Source: Octopus vulgaris
Taxonomy: Eukaryota
Direction of reading: 5' to 3'
DNA length: 64,000 nt
Assembly: GCA_951406725.2 (NCBI GenBank)
Contig: OX597835.1
Location: 28,706,001 to 28,770,000 of the forward strand
In this document: piece after piece, positions 13,421-25,957 of the stretch
Numbering within the stretch: position 1 is the first letter of the stretch
Layout: each line of letters opens with the position of its first letter
The notes under the pieces: generated by a model
What the model saw: only the letters and a program-made list of their open reading frames with translations
Told to the model about the DNA's origin: nothing
Database searches by the model: none
Position numbers and translations under genes: made by a program

Positions 13421-15972
13421 CAGAACTGCTCTTTAATCTGATTGATGAGTATTTCCTGACTCAGCTAGTGCTGGAACCAACGAGACAGAATAAAACGATC
13501 TTGGATCTGGTATTGACCAATCACTCTCGCTACGTTCTCAGTATTTCAGTCGAAAAAACTCTCCTCTCAGACCACGACATGGTACTCTGCAATCTTAATT
13601 CCCGACATATAAAAACCAAACCAGCCAATCCCACTCCATGGCACCCATTTGACAACATAAACTTCCACAAAGCGGACTGGGGAACAATCAGAAAGGATCT
13701 GTCTTCCATCGACTGGTCTTTTACTCTCAATTCCTCTCATATTGAGACCGCGTGGCAGCACTTTGAAAACATTGTCACCTATACATGCTCTAAACACGCT
13801 CCCACGAAATCTACTAACACAAACAGAAACCGGCTCCCTAAAAAGAAAAAAACACTCATCAAGCGCATCAAAAGACCTAACAAAAAAATCAACCAATTAA
13901 AATATTCCCACACACAACATCCACATTCAACAACAATAAAAAGACTAGAGCTGGAAAAACTTCATCTGCAGACCAACATGAAAACCTCCATTGAAAATCA
14001 AAGAGCTGTGGAGGAACAATGGGTAATCAAAAACATCAAACAGAATCCAAAAGTGTTCTATTCTTATGCAAATAAGCATAGAACCACTGTCTCACCCATT
14101 GGGCCATTGATTGATGATAACAGCATTCCCCAACACGATGCTAAAGAAATGGCAGAAATACTGCAGAAACAATACTGCTCTGTCTTTAGTGTTCCCACTG
14201 ATATTGACGTAAGGGAAACGAACGAAGTTGATTCCCAACACAAAATCTCAGACATAACCTTCACTGCCACTGACATCGTAGCAGCAATAAATGAGGTCAA
14301 ACATTACTCTGCTGTAGGCCCTGATAGATTTCCCGCTAGTCTCCTGAAGGAATGTAGATACCAACTTGCAGTCCCTCTGACCAACCTCTGGAGAAATTCG
14401 TTAGACGCAGGTTATATACCGAAACAATTTCTATCCCAGTCGGTCATCCCGGTTTTCAAACAGGGAAACAGATCCCTCGCAGTCAACTATCGCCCAAACT
14501 CACTCACCTCCCACATCATTAAAGTGTTTGAAAGAGTGTTAAGATCAAGGATAGCTGACTTCCTGAAGACCCACAAACTCCTAAATACAAATCAGCATAG
14601 CTTTCGCTGTGGCAGGGACTGTCTAACACAGCTCTTACACCACATTGAAGATGTGCTCAAAGCCTTGGGAACAGGTTCGAACTGTGACGTCATATATCTT
14701 GACTTCAGTAAAGCGTTCGACAGGGTAGACCATAACATCCTACTCTCAAAATTGGCAAATGTTGGAATCCGTGGAAAAGTTCTACACTGGATTAAGTATT
14801 TCCTGGCGAATAGAACACAACATGTTGTAGTTGATGGAGTCCACTCAAACCCAGCAAAAGTCACCAGCGGTGTTCCCCAGGGAACTGTTTTGGGTCCGCT
14901 ACTCTTCATAATTTACGTAAACGACCTTTCCAGTGTCGTACATTACTGCAAAGTGAAAATATTTGCTGATGACACTAAGCTCCAGCAAATCGTCATTGAA
15001 GAAGCAGACCGAACTCAACTCCAGTCTGATCTATATGCTGTAAGTCAATGGGCAGACAGAAACAAAATGCAACTGAATGAGGGAAAATTTGAGCTGATGC
15101 ATTTTGGAAGAAATTCCTCACTAAAACAACCATACTCTCTTCCTTCAGGGGAACCGCTCACAGCCTCTAGCAATATCAGAGACCTGGGTGTAATTGTTGA
15201 TGACAATCTCAGTTGGAGTGCACACATCAACAAGAAGGTCGATATAGCTCGTAGGATGAGTTCCTGGATCTTAAGAACTTTCCGGTCCAGAGACCAAGGT
15301 GTCATCATACCACTTTTTTCCTCCTTTGTACGGCCACACCTTGAATACTGCTGCCCACTGTGGTCTCCCCACACAAGACAAAACATCTCCAGAATTGAGT
15401 CACCCCAGAGGGCACACACTAAACAAATTGAAGGCATGGCTGCTCTCGATTATTGGGATCGCCTTAAAGCCTTGAAACTTTACTCCCTTCAGCGTCGCCG
15501 TGAGCGGTACATCATTTGTACGATGTGGAAAATATACCGCCAACTTTGCCCAAACGATCTAAACATTAGCTTCAAGGTTCATCCAAGACTTGGACCACGG
15601 GCTATACGTCCCCTGCCCAATTCAAGATCACAACATACATGTACACTGCAACATAATTTCTTTTCCTCAACAGGCCCTGCCCTATTTAACATTGTCCCGA
15701 GGGAGATCAAAGAGGAAAAGGATCCCATCAACTTTAAACAGAGTCTGGATAGATTCCTTCAAAGAATACCAGATAAGCCACCCATAATTGGATACAACTC
15801 ACCCAACAAGAACTCACTACTTGAAAAAAACTGGATACAACTCACCCAACAAGAACTCACTACTTGAACAAAACTTGACTTAAACAGGATTCGAATAATC
15901 CTATCAGGTGGTGCTATTAAGTTAGACATGGTCTGGACCAATCTTTGGTCGAAACATATCTAAGTTTATCTA

Positions 15973-15978
<6 letters not shown>
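13421..15978 (+). mobile_element. 5'-truncated CR1-group LINE inserted in a (TA)n tract
   Basis: Open ORF2, short 3' UTR with a gacca/tggtc hairpin, (atctaagttt)2 tail, TA repeats on both sides. Confidence 0.92.
13423..15867 (+). CDS. LINE ORF2 fragment: C-terminal part of the APE endonuclease plus reverse transcriptase
   Basis: PTR..ILDLVLTN..SDH (APE end); GPD, NYRPxSLTS, YLDFSKAFD, SGVPQGTVLGPLLF, FADD, RDLGV, RPHLEYCCPLWSP, LYSLQRRRER. The frame is open upstream of the track start at 13468 and has no true start codon. Confidence 0.93.
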   Translation, partial: ELLFNLIDEYFLTQLVLEPTRQNKTILDLVLTNHSRYVLSISVEKTLLSDHDMVLCNLNSRHIKTKPANPTPWHPFDNINFHKADWGTIRKDLSSIDWSFTLNSSHIETAWQHFENIVTYTCSKHAPTKSTNTNRNRLPKKKKTLIKRIKRPNKKINQLKYSHTQHPHSTTIKRLELEKLHLQTNMKTSIENQRAVEEQWVIKNIKQNPKVFYSYANKHRTTVSPIGPLIDDNSIPQHDAKEMAEILQKQYCSVFSVPTDIDVRETNEVDSQHKISDITFTATDIVAAINEVKHYSAVGPDRFPASLLKECRYQLAVPLTNLWRNSLDAGYIPKQFLSQSVIPVFKQGNRSLAVNYRPNSLTSHIIKVFERVLRSRIADFLKTHKLLNTNQHSFRCGRDCLTQLLHHIEDVLKALGTGSNCDVIYLDFSKAFDRVDHNILLSKLANVGIRGKVLHWIKYFLANRTQHVVVDGVHSNPAKVTSGVPQGTVLGPLLFIIYVNDLSSVVHYCKVKIFADDTKLQQIVIEEADRTQLQSDLYAVSQWADRNKMQLNEGKFELMHFGRNSSLKQPYSLPSGEPLTASSNIRDLGVIVDDNLSWSAHINKKVDIARRMSSWILRTFRSRDQGVIIPLFSSFVRPHLEYCCPLWSPHTRQNISRIESPQRAHTKQIEGMAALDYWDRLKALKLYSLQRRRERYIICTMWKIYRQLCPNDLNISFKVHPRLGPRAIRPLPNSRSQHTCTLQHNFFSSTGPALFNIVPREIKEEKDPINFKQSLDRFLQRIPDKPPIIGYNSPNKNSLLEKNWIQLTQQELTT

Positions 15979-16039
<61 letters not shown>

Positions 16040-16047
<8 letters not shown>

Positions 16048-17042
16048 TTAATAAGGGTGAGAGAATTAGATACTAATTTAATACTATCTGGATGAAATCC
16101 ACTCAATCACACGCCAGATTTTACCATAACGATAAATACGCGTGTGGTTCAATTGATTACATCCGACGTTATAATTCAAATGCCCCAACCAACAGCGCGC
16201 CAAACTTTCACGGAAAACAAATACAGCATTTAGAAATAAATGCAGCATAATTATAATTAATTAATAAGGGTGAGAGAATTAGATACTAATTTAATAGTAT
16301 ATTTATTCAACACCAAGTGGCCTAGTGCTCCGAGAAACCTGGATTATTATAATATTTTATAACATATTATAATATTTTTACAAAATAAATATAAGAGAGT
16401 GGTCACTATATTGCTCACTCTAGCACCAGTTAATCCAAAAGGTTTCAACCACGAAAATACATGTTTCCCATGAAAGTCAGTACGATTGTTAGCTCACACG
16501 GACAGGGCAAATAAAAAATAACAAAAATACAGATTATTTTGGGACAATTGTTTCGCTATTAATGAATTAAATGTAATTTTACTTACAAAAAAAATCCATT
16601 TGTAGCTCGTCAGCCAAAACTATCTGGATGAAATCCACTCAATCACACGCCAGATTTTACCATAACGATAAATACGCGTGTGGTTCAATTGATTACATCC
16701 GACGTTATAATTCAAATGCCCCAACCAACAGCGCGCCAAACTTTCACGGAAAACAAATACAGCATTTAGAAATAAATGCAGCATAATTATAATTAATTAA
16801 TAAGGGTGAGAGAATTAGATACTAATTTAATAGTATATTTATTCAACACCAAGTGGCCTAGTGCTCCGAGAAACCTGGATTATTATAATATTTTATAACA
16901 TATTATAATATTTTTACAAAATAAATATAAGAGAGTGGTCACTATATTGCTCACTCTAGCACCAGTTAATCCAAAAGGTTTCAACCACGAAAATACATGT
17001 TTCCCATGAAAGTCAGTACGATTGTTAGCTCACACGGACAGA
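16040..17042 (-). repeat. Tandem direct repeat, 536-bp period (~1.8 copies), carrying a hammerhead
   Basis: actatctggatgaaatcc at 16083 and 16619; copies appear identical; microsatellites on both sides. Confidence 0.92.
16537..16619 (-). ncRNA. Canonical type I hammerhead ribozyme motif
   Basis: Reverse complement: TTTTGG-CTGACGA-GCTA..long loop..TAGC-GAA-ACAATTGT-C-CCAAAA; GUC cleavage triplet. Confidence 0.85.
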
Positions 17043-17072
17043 TACATATATATATATATACATATATATATA

Positions 17073-17185
<113 letters not shown>

Positions 17186-17191
17186 CAATTT

Positions 17192-17396
<205 letters not shown>

Positions 17397-17503
17397 GTTA
17401 ATAAAAAAAACGAAGAAAGAAACCAAGAAGAAAAACAACAACGCGAGAACGTGGTGCATGCAAAATATTAATGAGACGCTCTGAGAAGGAAAGAAAGAGT
17501 GGT

Positions 17504-17540
17504 TGTTTTACGTTTCGAGCAAAGCTCTTCTTCGTAAAGG
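17504..17540 (-). ncRNA. Degenerate hammerhead motif (family of 1882 and 2491)
   Basis: Reverse complement: cttt-ACGAAGA-a-GAGC ttt GCTC-GAA-ACGT-A-aaac. Confidence 0.45.
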
Positions 17541-17598
17541 GGAGACATAGGAAAGTCCAAACGAAAGGAAGAATGGGGGAATATATACATATATAATG

Positions 17599-17921
17599 AA
17601 GGCGCATGACATCAGTGGTTAGAGTGTCGGGCTCACAATTACGAGGTAGTGAATCTGATTCCCGGACGATGCTGTGTGTTGTGTTCTTGAGCAAGACACT
17701 ATATTTCACGTTGCTCCAGGTAACTCAGCTGTAGAAATGAGTTGCAACGTCGCTGCTGCGAAGCTGTACTGGCCATTGCCGTTCCCTTGGATAACATCGG
17801 TGGTGTGGAAAGGGGAGACTGGTATGCACAGGAGACTGGTGGTCTTCCACAAACAACTTTGCCCGAACTTGTGCCTTGGAGGAGGACTTTCTAGGTGCAG
17901 TCACATGGCCATTCATGACGA

Positions 17922-17930
<9 letters not shown>
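17599..17930 (+). mobile_element. SINE, head D + tail W
   Basis: Head and central module as in 5070 and 19407, but a different 3' half. Confidence 0.75.
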
Positions 17931-17965
<35 letters not shown>

Positions 17966-17969
17966 TATT

Positions 17970-18329
17970 TTATTCTCTTATTTGTTCGAGTAATTTGACT
18001 CCACTCATGCTGGAGCCTTTAAGTCGAACAAATCACTAGTGCCTATTCTTTTACAGAAACACTAAGTTACGGGGACATAAACACACCAACATGGGTTGTC
18101 AAGCGAAGGTGGTGCTGGGGACAAATACAGACACACAAGCATATACACATACATACACACATATCCGACGGGCTTCTCTCAGTTTCTGTTTCCCAAATCC
18201 ACTCACAAGGCTTTGGTCAGCCCGAAGATCTAGTAGAAGACACTTGCCCAAGGTGCCACGCAGTCAGACTGCGCCCTGAACCATGTGGTTGATAAGCAAG
18301 CTATTTACCACACAGCCACTCCTGCGCCT
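17970..18329 (-). mobile_element. SINE family A
   Basis: Similarity to the other copies. Confidence 0.85.
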
Positions 18330-18336
18330 ATTTATA

Positions 18337-18466
18337 TTTTATTGAAAAGCAGCAGAAATACCACAAAAACTCTTACTCAGAGTTTCACGTTCCCTTTCGT
18401 CTGACGATCGGGAACATGAAACTCTGAGTATTAGTTTTTGCGATGTTTCTGCCGCTCTTCAATAAA
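18337..18466. repeat. Foldback with overlapping hammerhead cores on both strands
   Basis: Centre tcgtc-t-gacga; plus strand CTGACGA-tcgggaacat-GAA-ACTCTGAGT-A; minus strand CAGACGA-aagggaacgt-GAA-ACTCTGAGT-A. Confidence 0.8.
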
Positions 18467-18536
18467 GCATATTACTCTACCTCTGGTATCTGAGAACTCT
18501 TTTTTCCACATTGTTTCGCATTTATATGCTTAATCC

Positions 18537-18606
<70 letters not shown>

Positions 18607-18859
18607 TATGTGAGCACAGGACGTCATGAAACGTGTATGGCAAAAATACGAAATATGAGTACATGGAACATGAACTATTCTTTCGAACAACGAAAGACAC
18701 AAATGGAAAACACAACAAACATAAAGAACGACCATTCATAAGTTGTTGGATGAGTTCCTAGTCTCGTGTTTCGAGCAGGATGCAGATGGTATTTGAGAAA
18801 CTCCATCATCACCAGTATATGACTCTCTTCTGACCATTTACAAGGATCTTGTTTCTTTA

Positions 18860-20170
18860 CCTCTGCTACATAAAAATGCTAAGATAAAAACAAAATGGCG
18901 TGCAACCATTGTTACAAAATGTGAGGAACATAACGATGCAGTTTATAGGAATCGTCAACTTTCGAATTGTTGTGAATCTTTTGTACGTAAAGTTCGTATG
19001 AAACTGGAAACCTTCGGCGGGAATGTTGTCATTATATCAAACAGAGAAGAAAAATAAAAGAACAGTCTAAGCGTTTGGACTCTGTACAATGCAATTCATT
19101 CAACAGGTTCAAAACACTATCTATTATGATCCTGAAAAATAATGACGGCAATTGCCAGACGACTACAGATGCCGAAGTGGACTATCAGAAGTGTGGTGCA
19201 TGTGTATATTCGATGCAAGTCCAATAAATGTCTGCAAAGATACAGGGAAACTGCTTGATTCAAGCGGTGCCAAGCGGTTTCTTAACAAGGTTAAAAAATC
19301 TCACGACAGTGCTATACTTTGGCACTTTTCTTATGAGAAAAACTTCAACTAAAACTAAAAATCTAACAGGGGTTATATAGATGGTTGTGTGCCGATTAAT
19401 CTCATTGTGAAGGCGCGTTGCTTAGTGGTTAGGGCATTCAGCTCATGATTGTGAGTTCAATTCCCGGTGACGTGTTGTGTCCTTGAACAAGACACTTTAC
19501 TTCATGTTGCTCCAGTCCACTCAACTGGCAAAAATGAGTAGTACCTGTATTTCACAGGGTCAGCCATGTCACATTCTGTGTCACGCTGAACTTCCCTGAG
19601 AACTACATAAAGGGTACATGGGTTTATGGAGTGCTCAGCCACATGCACGTTAATTTTACGAGCAAGCTTTTCCGTTGATCGGATCAGCCGGGACCCTCGT
19701 CGTCGCAACCGACGGAATATTCCTCCTCTCTTCCCTCTAATCTCATGCCCTCAGGCTGATGTACACAAAATTTGCAGCAACTATAATGAGTTTAGGAGTG
19801 GTGCGCAACAAAGGATATGACATGCCGCCTCATCTTTTCGTCATAGAATTAACGTTGCTGAATACGTCGAGATGTACCAGCACCTCAGTTGTTAAGCCCT
19901 GGACGGACGAAATAAGCAGTAGAAGGTCATATGTGTCTCAACAAGAATCAGTACCTTCTCACAAAGCTCACGTAATCCAAGAATGGATATCAGACTGTCT
20001 TTACGATCATTGACCAGGAGATGTCCGAAATGAATAACTGTTCAGTGTAGACGTTTCATGATTGAGGTCCTGATTTAAAGCAGCCATCGAAACTAAAGAC
20101 GGATTCACAGAATAATCTAAGCTTATCGAGAACATGCGCACAAAGTTTTGTTAAAATATATTTGACTTTT
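18860..20170 (+). mobile_element. Decayed Tc1/mariner-superfamily (maT/DD37D-like) transposon, interrupted by a SINE
   Basis: VVKPWTDEISSRRSYVSQQESVPSHKAHVIQEW resembles the VVKPW...YVFQQDSAPxHK..xQxW catalytic region; boundaries uncertain. Confidence 0.6.
19407..19737 (+). mobile_element. SINE, head D + tail X
   Basis: Homologous to 5070-5390; flanking direct repeat taatctcat. Confidence 0.85.
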
Positions 20171-20189
20171 GCTAGATTAATGTTGTTTT

Positions 20190-20226
<37 letters not shown>

Positions 20227-20382
20227 CGGTGGACAGAGCCAGTAGGGAGAAAGACAGGGGTGGAGTTATTTGAGGAGGTATTTAGCTACTTATTAAAACA
20301 ACATATATATATATATATATGTATGTATATTCGTACACACCTTCATAAATGCAAACATACAAACATACATAAAATAAATACT

Positions 20383-20421
<39 letters not shown>

Positions 20422-20552
20422 GTCTGTGTGTCTGTGTGTGTATATTTATATGGCCGAGTCATTAGCACTCTGGACGAAATGCTTAGCAGGATTTCGCTCG
20501 TTCCTATGTTCTGATTTCAAATTCCGCCAAGGTCGACTTTGCCATTTTTATA

Positions 20553-20935
20553 GGTGCAGGCGTGGCTGTGTGGCAAGTAGCTTGCTTACCAACCATATGG
20601 TTCCGGGTTCAGTCCCACTGCGTGGTACCTTGGGCAGGTGTCTTCTACTATAGCCTCGGGCCGACCAAAGCCTTGTGAATGGATTTGGTAAACGGAAACT
20701 GAAAGAGGCCCGTCGTATATATGTATATATATGTATATGTGTGTGTGTGTGTGTCTGTGTTTGTCCCCCCTCCCCAACATTACTTGACAACCGATGCTCA
20801 TGTTTACGTCCCTGTAACTTAGCGGTTCGGCAAAAGAGACCGATTGAATAAGTACTAGGCTTACAAAGAATAAGTCCGACTAGAGGCGGTATTCCAGCAT
20901 GGCTGCAGTCAAATGACTCAAACAAGTAAAAGAGA

Positions 20936-20937
<2 letters not shown>
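20553..20937 (+). mobile_element. SINE family A
   Basis: Near-complete copy, preceded by a truncated family B head (20452-20548). Confidence 0.9.
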
Positions 20938-20999
<62 letters not shown>

Positions 21000-21019
21000 T
21001 TTCGCGGACTTTTTCGCAA

Positions 21020-21377
21020 GGTACTCCGTCGGTTACGACGACGAGGGTTCCAGTTGATCCGATCAACGGAACATTCTGCTCGTGAAATGAACGTGCAATT
21101 GGCTGAACACTCCACAGACACATATATCCTTAACGTAGTTCTCGGGGAGATTCAGCGTGACACAGAGTGTGACAAGGCTGGCACTTCGAAATACAGGTAC
21201 AACAGAAACAGGAATGAAGAGTGAGAGAAATTTGTGGTGAAAGAGTACAGCAGGGTTGGCCACCACCCTCTGCCGGCGCCCCGTGGAGCATTAGGTGTTT
21301 TCGCTTAATAAACAATCACAGCGCCCGGTCTGGGAATCGAAACCGCGATCCTACGACCGCGAGTCCGCTGCGCCTCC
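21020..21377 (-). mobile_element. SINE, head C + tail X
   Basis: Homologous to 27130-27517; small deletion in the head. Confidence 0.85.
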
Positions 21378-21392
21378 ACAATGTGTGTATGT

Positions 21393-21613
21393 CGAGCTGG
21401 CAGAACGGTTAGAACGTCGGGCGAAATGCGTAGCCGTAATTTCGTCAGCCGTTACGTTGTGAGTTCAAATTCCGCCGAGGTCGACTTTGCCTTTCATCCT
21501 TTCGGGGTCGATTAAATAAGTGCCAGTTACGCACTGGGGTCGATGTAATCGACTTAATACCTATGTCTGTCCTTGTTTGTCCCCTCTGTGTTTAGCCCCT
21601 TGTGGATAATAAA
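21393..21613 (+). mobile_element. SINE family B
   Basis: Homologous to 4747-4973. Confidence 0.85.
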
Positions 21614-21840
21614 GATATATATATATATATATATAGCCACACACACACACACACACGCATACACGCACACACAGATATGCATACACTTTCACTCTTTGAT
21701 ATATGTATGTGAGTGTGCGTGCATGCGCGCGCGCGTGTGTGTGTGTGTGCGTATGTGTGTGTAGACGCTTTGATCCTAAGGAGGTCGTGAGGAGACGTTT
21801 TCCTTCATCACTTCCCCCTCCCCACCACCACCATCACCGT

Positions 21841-21893
<53 letters not shown>

Positions 21894-22109
21894 ACAGCAC
21901 CACTACTTGGTGCCAGATGTCTTGCAGAAGTAACAGCTAAATTCTCCTGATTTCAGGTTTTTGTTCTGAAGAAAAGGAAGGACACCAGAGTCCGAGATAG
22001 AGTGAGATGAATTATTTGTAAAGTGGATTGTCAAGGATGGAACGTCTATGATCATAGGTCTGCTCGGCCAAAATTTACCCGTGTTTAAACAACAATAATG
22101 AAAACAATG

Positions 22110-22143
<34 letters not shown>

Positions 22144-22337
22144 GTGCTGCTGCTGCTGCTGCTCTACTCCCCCTCGTAACTTAGCAGTTCGGCAATAGAC
22201 ACCGATTGAATAAATACCGGGCTTAAAATAATGTGCTGGGTTCGATTTGTTCGACTAAGCCAGGAGTGCTCCAGTATGGACGCAGTCTAATGACTAAAAC
22301 CATTCAAAGACGAAAGGTAAAAAGACAACAGTAACTG

Positions 22338-22392
<55 letters not shown>

Positions 22393-22790
22393 ATCACCAC
22401 CCGGCCCACTACATGTACCACATGCACCAACACCATCGCATGCGGCAGCAGCATCATCACCACCAGCAACACCAACACCATTACAACGACAATAAACCAT
22501 CACCGCCGCCGCCGCCGCCATCTTCATGAAAGCTACAGCAACGACGGTAACATTACTACCACCACCACCACCACCACCACCTCCACCACCGCCATCACCG
22601 CCACCTTCGCCACCACCATCGCCGCCAACACCCGCCACCACCGCCACCTACAACCAGTAAACAGCTTCACTAAGCTGTCCTATGTAGGCAATGTTCTAGC
22701 TATAAACATTAGCTTATCTAGGCCAGTTTTATGCTTGCAGTGCTATTTTAAGTCCTCATCATTCCTCTTACTCCACCTTTCACTCAACTC

Positions 22791-22835
<45 letters not shown>

Positions 22836-23020
22836 TCTCTCTCTGCCCACTACACTCATTTCCTCTTTCCCTCATACACACACTCTCTCACTCCCTCACC
22901 CCTCTCTCTCACTGTATCTCTCTTGCTTGCTTCTCTCATTGCCATTTTGGTATATCTACTACCCCTACGACTCACTCTTAACCTATATCTCGCTATATAT
23001 GTGTGTCTATCTCGCTCCCG

Positions 23021-23090
<70 letters not shown>

Positions 23091-23133
23091 GTCTGTCTGT
23101 GTGTCTGTCTGTCTCTGTCTGTCTATCTGTCTG

Positions 23134-23164
<31 letters not shown>

Positions 23165-23165
23165 G

Positions 23166-23199
<34 letters not shown>

Positions 23200-23660
23200 A
23201 CCCCCTCTCTCTTTTTCCCTCTCTCTATCCCTCTCTCTCTTTCTCTATTTCTCTCCTATTTCTCTCTCTCTATCTTATCTCCATTTCTTATCTGTCATAG
23301 CTTTATGGGCGGGAGTTAACGGCAACGGCGTGTGAATGGGTGAGTGATGATGATGAGGAGGAGGAGGAGGAGGAGGAGGAATTTTATTTTAATTTTCAAT
23401 CAGTTTTCCTGAGATAAAAGAAAAAAAAGGTACAATATTCACTAATTCTACCACAAAGAGATCTTGACAAATTACATACAAATTGTGCTCGCATTCACGT
23501 TCGAAACTCGGCAAAGTAATGCATGCTGAAAGGAGTTGGATGGGAGTGATGGTGATGGTGTTGGTGGTTATGGTGGGAGCAACGCTTGATGGGGATAGAC
23601 TGCGGTACCTAGAAAAACGCATCTGAGAGGAGAGTAAAAGTATGGAACGAGCCTCGGAGT

Positions 23661-23691
<31 letters not shown>

Positions 23692-23725
23692 GGTGGCGGT
23701 AGTGGTGGTGGTTATTGCATATGAT

Positions 23726-24098
23726 GTTTGTTTGTTTGTTGAGCGAAGCGGTCTTCGTCTCAGAGTGGGAGAAGTCCGAAACGTGGTCCTTTGCTATTCG
23801 TAAGACCCGCAGAAGAGAGAGCAGGTTAACCCCCGACACCGAGAGCATCGACGGATGGATGAATGTGCATCCAGGCTCAGCAGTTGCGTAGGAAGTCGAG
23901 GACAAGAAACAGGAAGAAAGAGTGAGAGAAAGTTGGAGCGAAAGGGTACAACAGGGGTCGCAACTACCCCCTGCCGGAGCCTCGTGGAGCTTTAGGTGTT
24001 TTCGCTCAATAAACACACACAACGCCCGGTCTGGGAATCGAAACCGCAATCCTCCGACCGCGAGTCCGCTGCCCTAACCACTGGGCTATTGAGCCTCC
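23726..24098 (-). mobile_element. SINE, head C + tail Z, (CAAA)n tail
   Basis: Head identical in type to 27330-27517; unrelated 3' half. Confidence 0.8.
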
Positions 24099-24389
24099 CC
24101 TCACCACGCATTATCCAGTGTCGAGAATCTTCCTGTGTTTTAAGAGAGGAGGTTAAGGTGTGAGTCTGAGGGATATCAAGCTGCTATTTCTAAGTAATCA
24201 AGTCACTCCTTATGCAGGGTAGAGCTTCCCAATATTTTCAGTTAAACAACATAAACTTTTTTCATTTTCTTAATAATCAAAATAAATGATACTTTAATCA
24301 AGTTTCATTAGCAAGTAAACATCATATCGCAAACCACGTGACACTAGTCACGTGCTTAACTGCACGAATATTTGTGACATTGCATATAT

Positions 24390-24835
24390 ATTCTTTTCTA
24401 CTCTCGGCACAAGGCGTGAATTTTTTTCGGGGGGCGGTAGTCAGTCGATTAGATCGACTCCAGTACGCAACTGGTACTTGATTTATCGACTCCGAAGGAT
24501 GAAAGGCAAAGTCGACCTCGGCGGAATTTGAACTCAGAACGTAAAGACAGACGAAAGACCGCTAAGCATTTCGCTCGGCGTGCTAACGTTTCTAATTTTT
24601 CCATTTTTTTTATTGCCCACAAGGGACTAAACATAGAGGGGACAAACAAGGACAGACAAAGGGATTAAGTTGATTACATCGACTCTCAGTGCGTAACTGG
24701 TACTTATTTAATCAATCCCGAAACGATGTAAGGCAAAGTCAATCTCGGTGGAATTTGAACTCAAAATGTAACGGCAGACGAAATATCGCTAGGGATTTCG
24801 CCCGCTGTGCTCGCGTTTCTGCCAGCTCGCCGCCT
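24390..24835 (-). mobile_element. Two adjacent SINE family B copies with different 3' ends
   Basis: ~24390-24590 and ~24608-24835. Confidence 0.85.
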
Positions 24836-25663
24836 TGACTTTGCATGTATATTTCATAACCATAAGTACTGGCCAAGATTTATAAGAATTCACTGAATTT
24901 TTGCATTCAACCCGAGATTATCTTCAATGTTGCAGGTTTATTTCGAGGGTTTTCCGGTTGCTTTAGGAAATCTCTCCTTCCCAAAAGAACTTATTTAAAT
25001 TGAATATACCAGCCATATATCATGCTTAATGTATATACACAGTCGTCAGGCAAAATACGGTGGTTCTCGTCCGAGATAAAAATCTCTTAAAGACGCACTG
25101 TATTTGAAAACACGCTACATACATCGGGGTGAAACGAAAAATCCTCTCCGCAGAACTGCAAGCGACAACCCCACGGGCATTTGCACATCCTTGGACCTTG
25201 TCAATGATGTATAATGGCAGTCACATGCCTGGACAAGGTCTGTCGTCTCCAATGTATAGTTAACAGTAAACAATACATTCACTGACATTGCGATGAGCTG
25301 CCAAGCTGAATAAAAAATCCGTGATACACAATTAAAACAGAATAAAATTAACATAGAATCTACGTATCGTATTTCACTCGGAAAGACGAGTCAGAAAGGA
25401 ATGCAATTTTTTTATTTGCACGAACTTATTCTTGCATATACAGGATAAAGGAAGGTGAGACAAAAACATTTGAAGTTTAGGTGCAGCCCATCTTACGGGC
25501 CTTCCCCACTATGATTCCATCGACCCAATTTCACTTTCGAATTTAATGTAATATAAATATTATATTAACGCAGGTCATGTGTGAACATGTGTATTATAAA
25601 TAAAATGAGACAACAAAGCCAAGGCATTGTGAAATTTCTAGGTCACTTATAAAGAGAAAGGTA

Positions 25664-25711
25664 GTCTCACAGCTGTTTCAGAGATATGAGGGATATCCCT
25701 TCATCAGAGAC
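25664..25711 (-). ncRNA. Type I hammerhead motif with a GUG triplet
   Basis: Reverse complement: GTCT-CTGATGA-AGGGATAT ccctc ATATCTCT-GAA-ACAGCTGT-G-AGAC. Confidence 0.75.
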
Positions 25712-25734
25712 GATATGTGAGAGTTAAATGGAGG

Positions 25735-25799
<65 letters not shown>

Positions 25800-25957
25800 A
25801 AAATATCACCCCACCTCAGACACCTCACACATATTCATTACTTACATTCTTATCTCTTCCTACTCTCCCTACTCCACTCTCACCCCCTCATAATATATTG
25901 ACCACCAACTAACACTCCTTTTTCTTTTCACATTTTTTCAATTTCTTACACTTCTTA

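Noticed and set aside
13530-15437. Antisense ORFs over the LINE (also over 47661-49152)
   Set aside because: Shadow frames of the retrotransposon coding sequence.
15930-15960. ctg-gacca atctt tggtc-gaaac as a hammerhead
   Set aside because: No CUGANGA box; better explained as the LINE 3' UTR stem-loop.
22294-22647. Gly/Ala/Val-rich ORF resembling a low-complexity exon
   Set aside because: Compound trinucleotide repeats (CTA, CCA, CCG); no domain or splice evidence.
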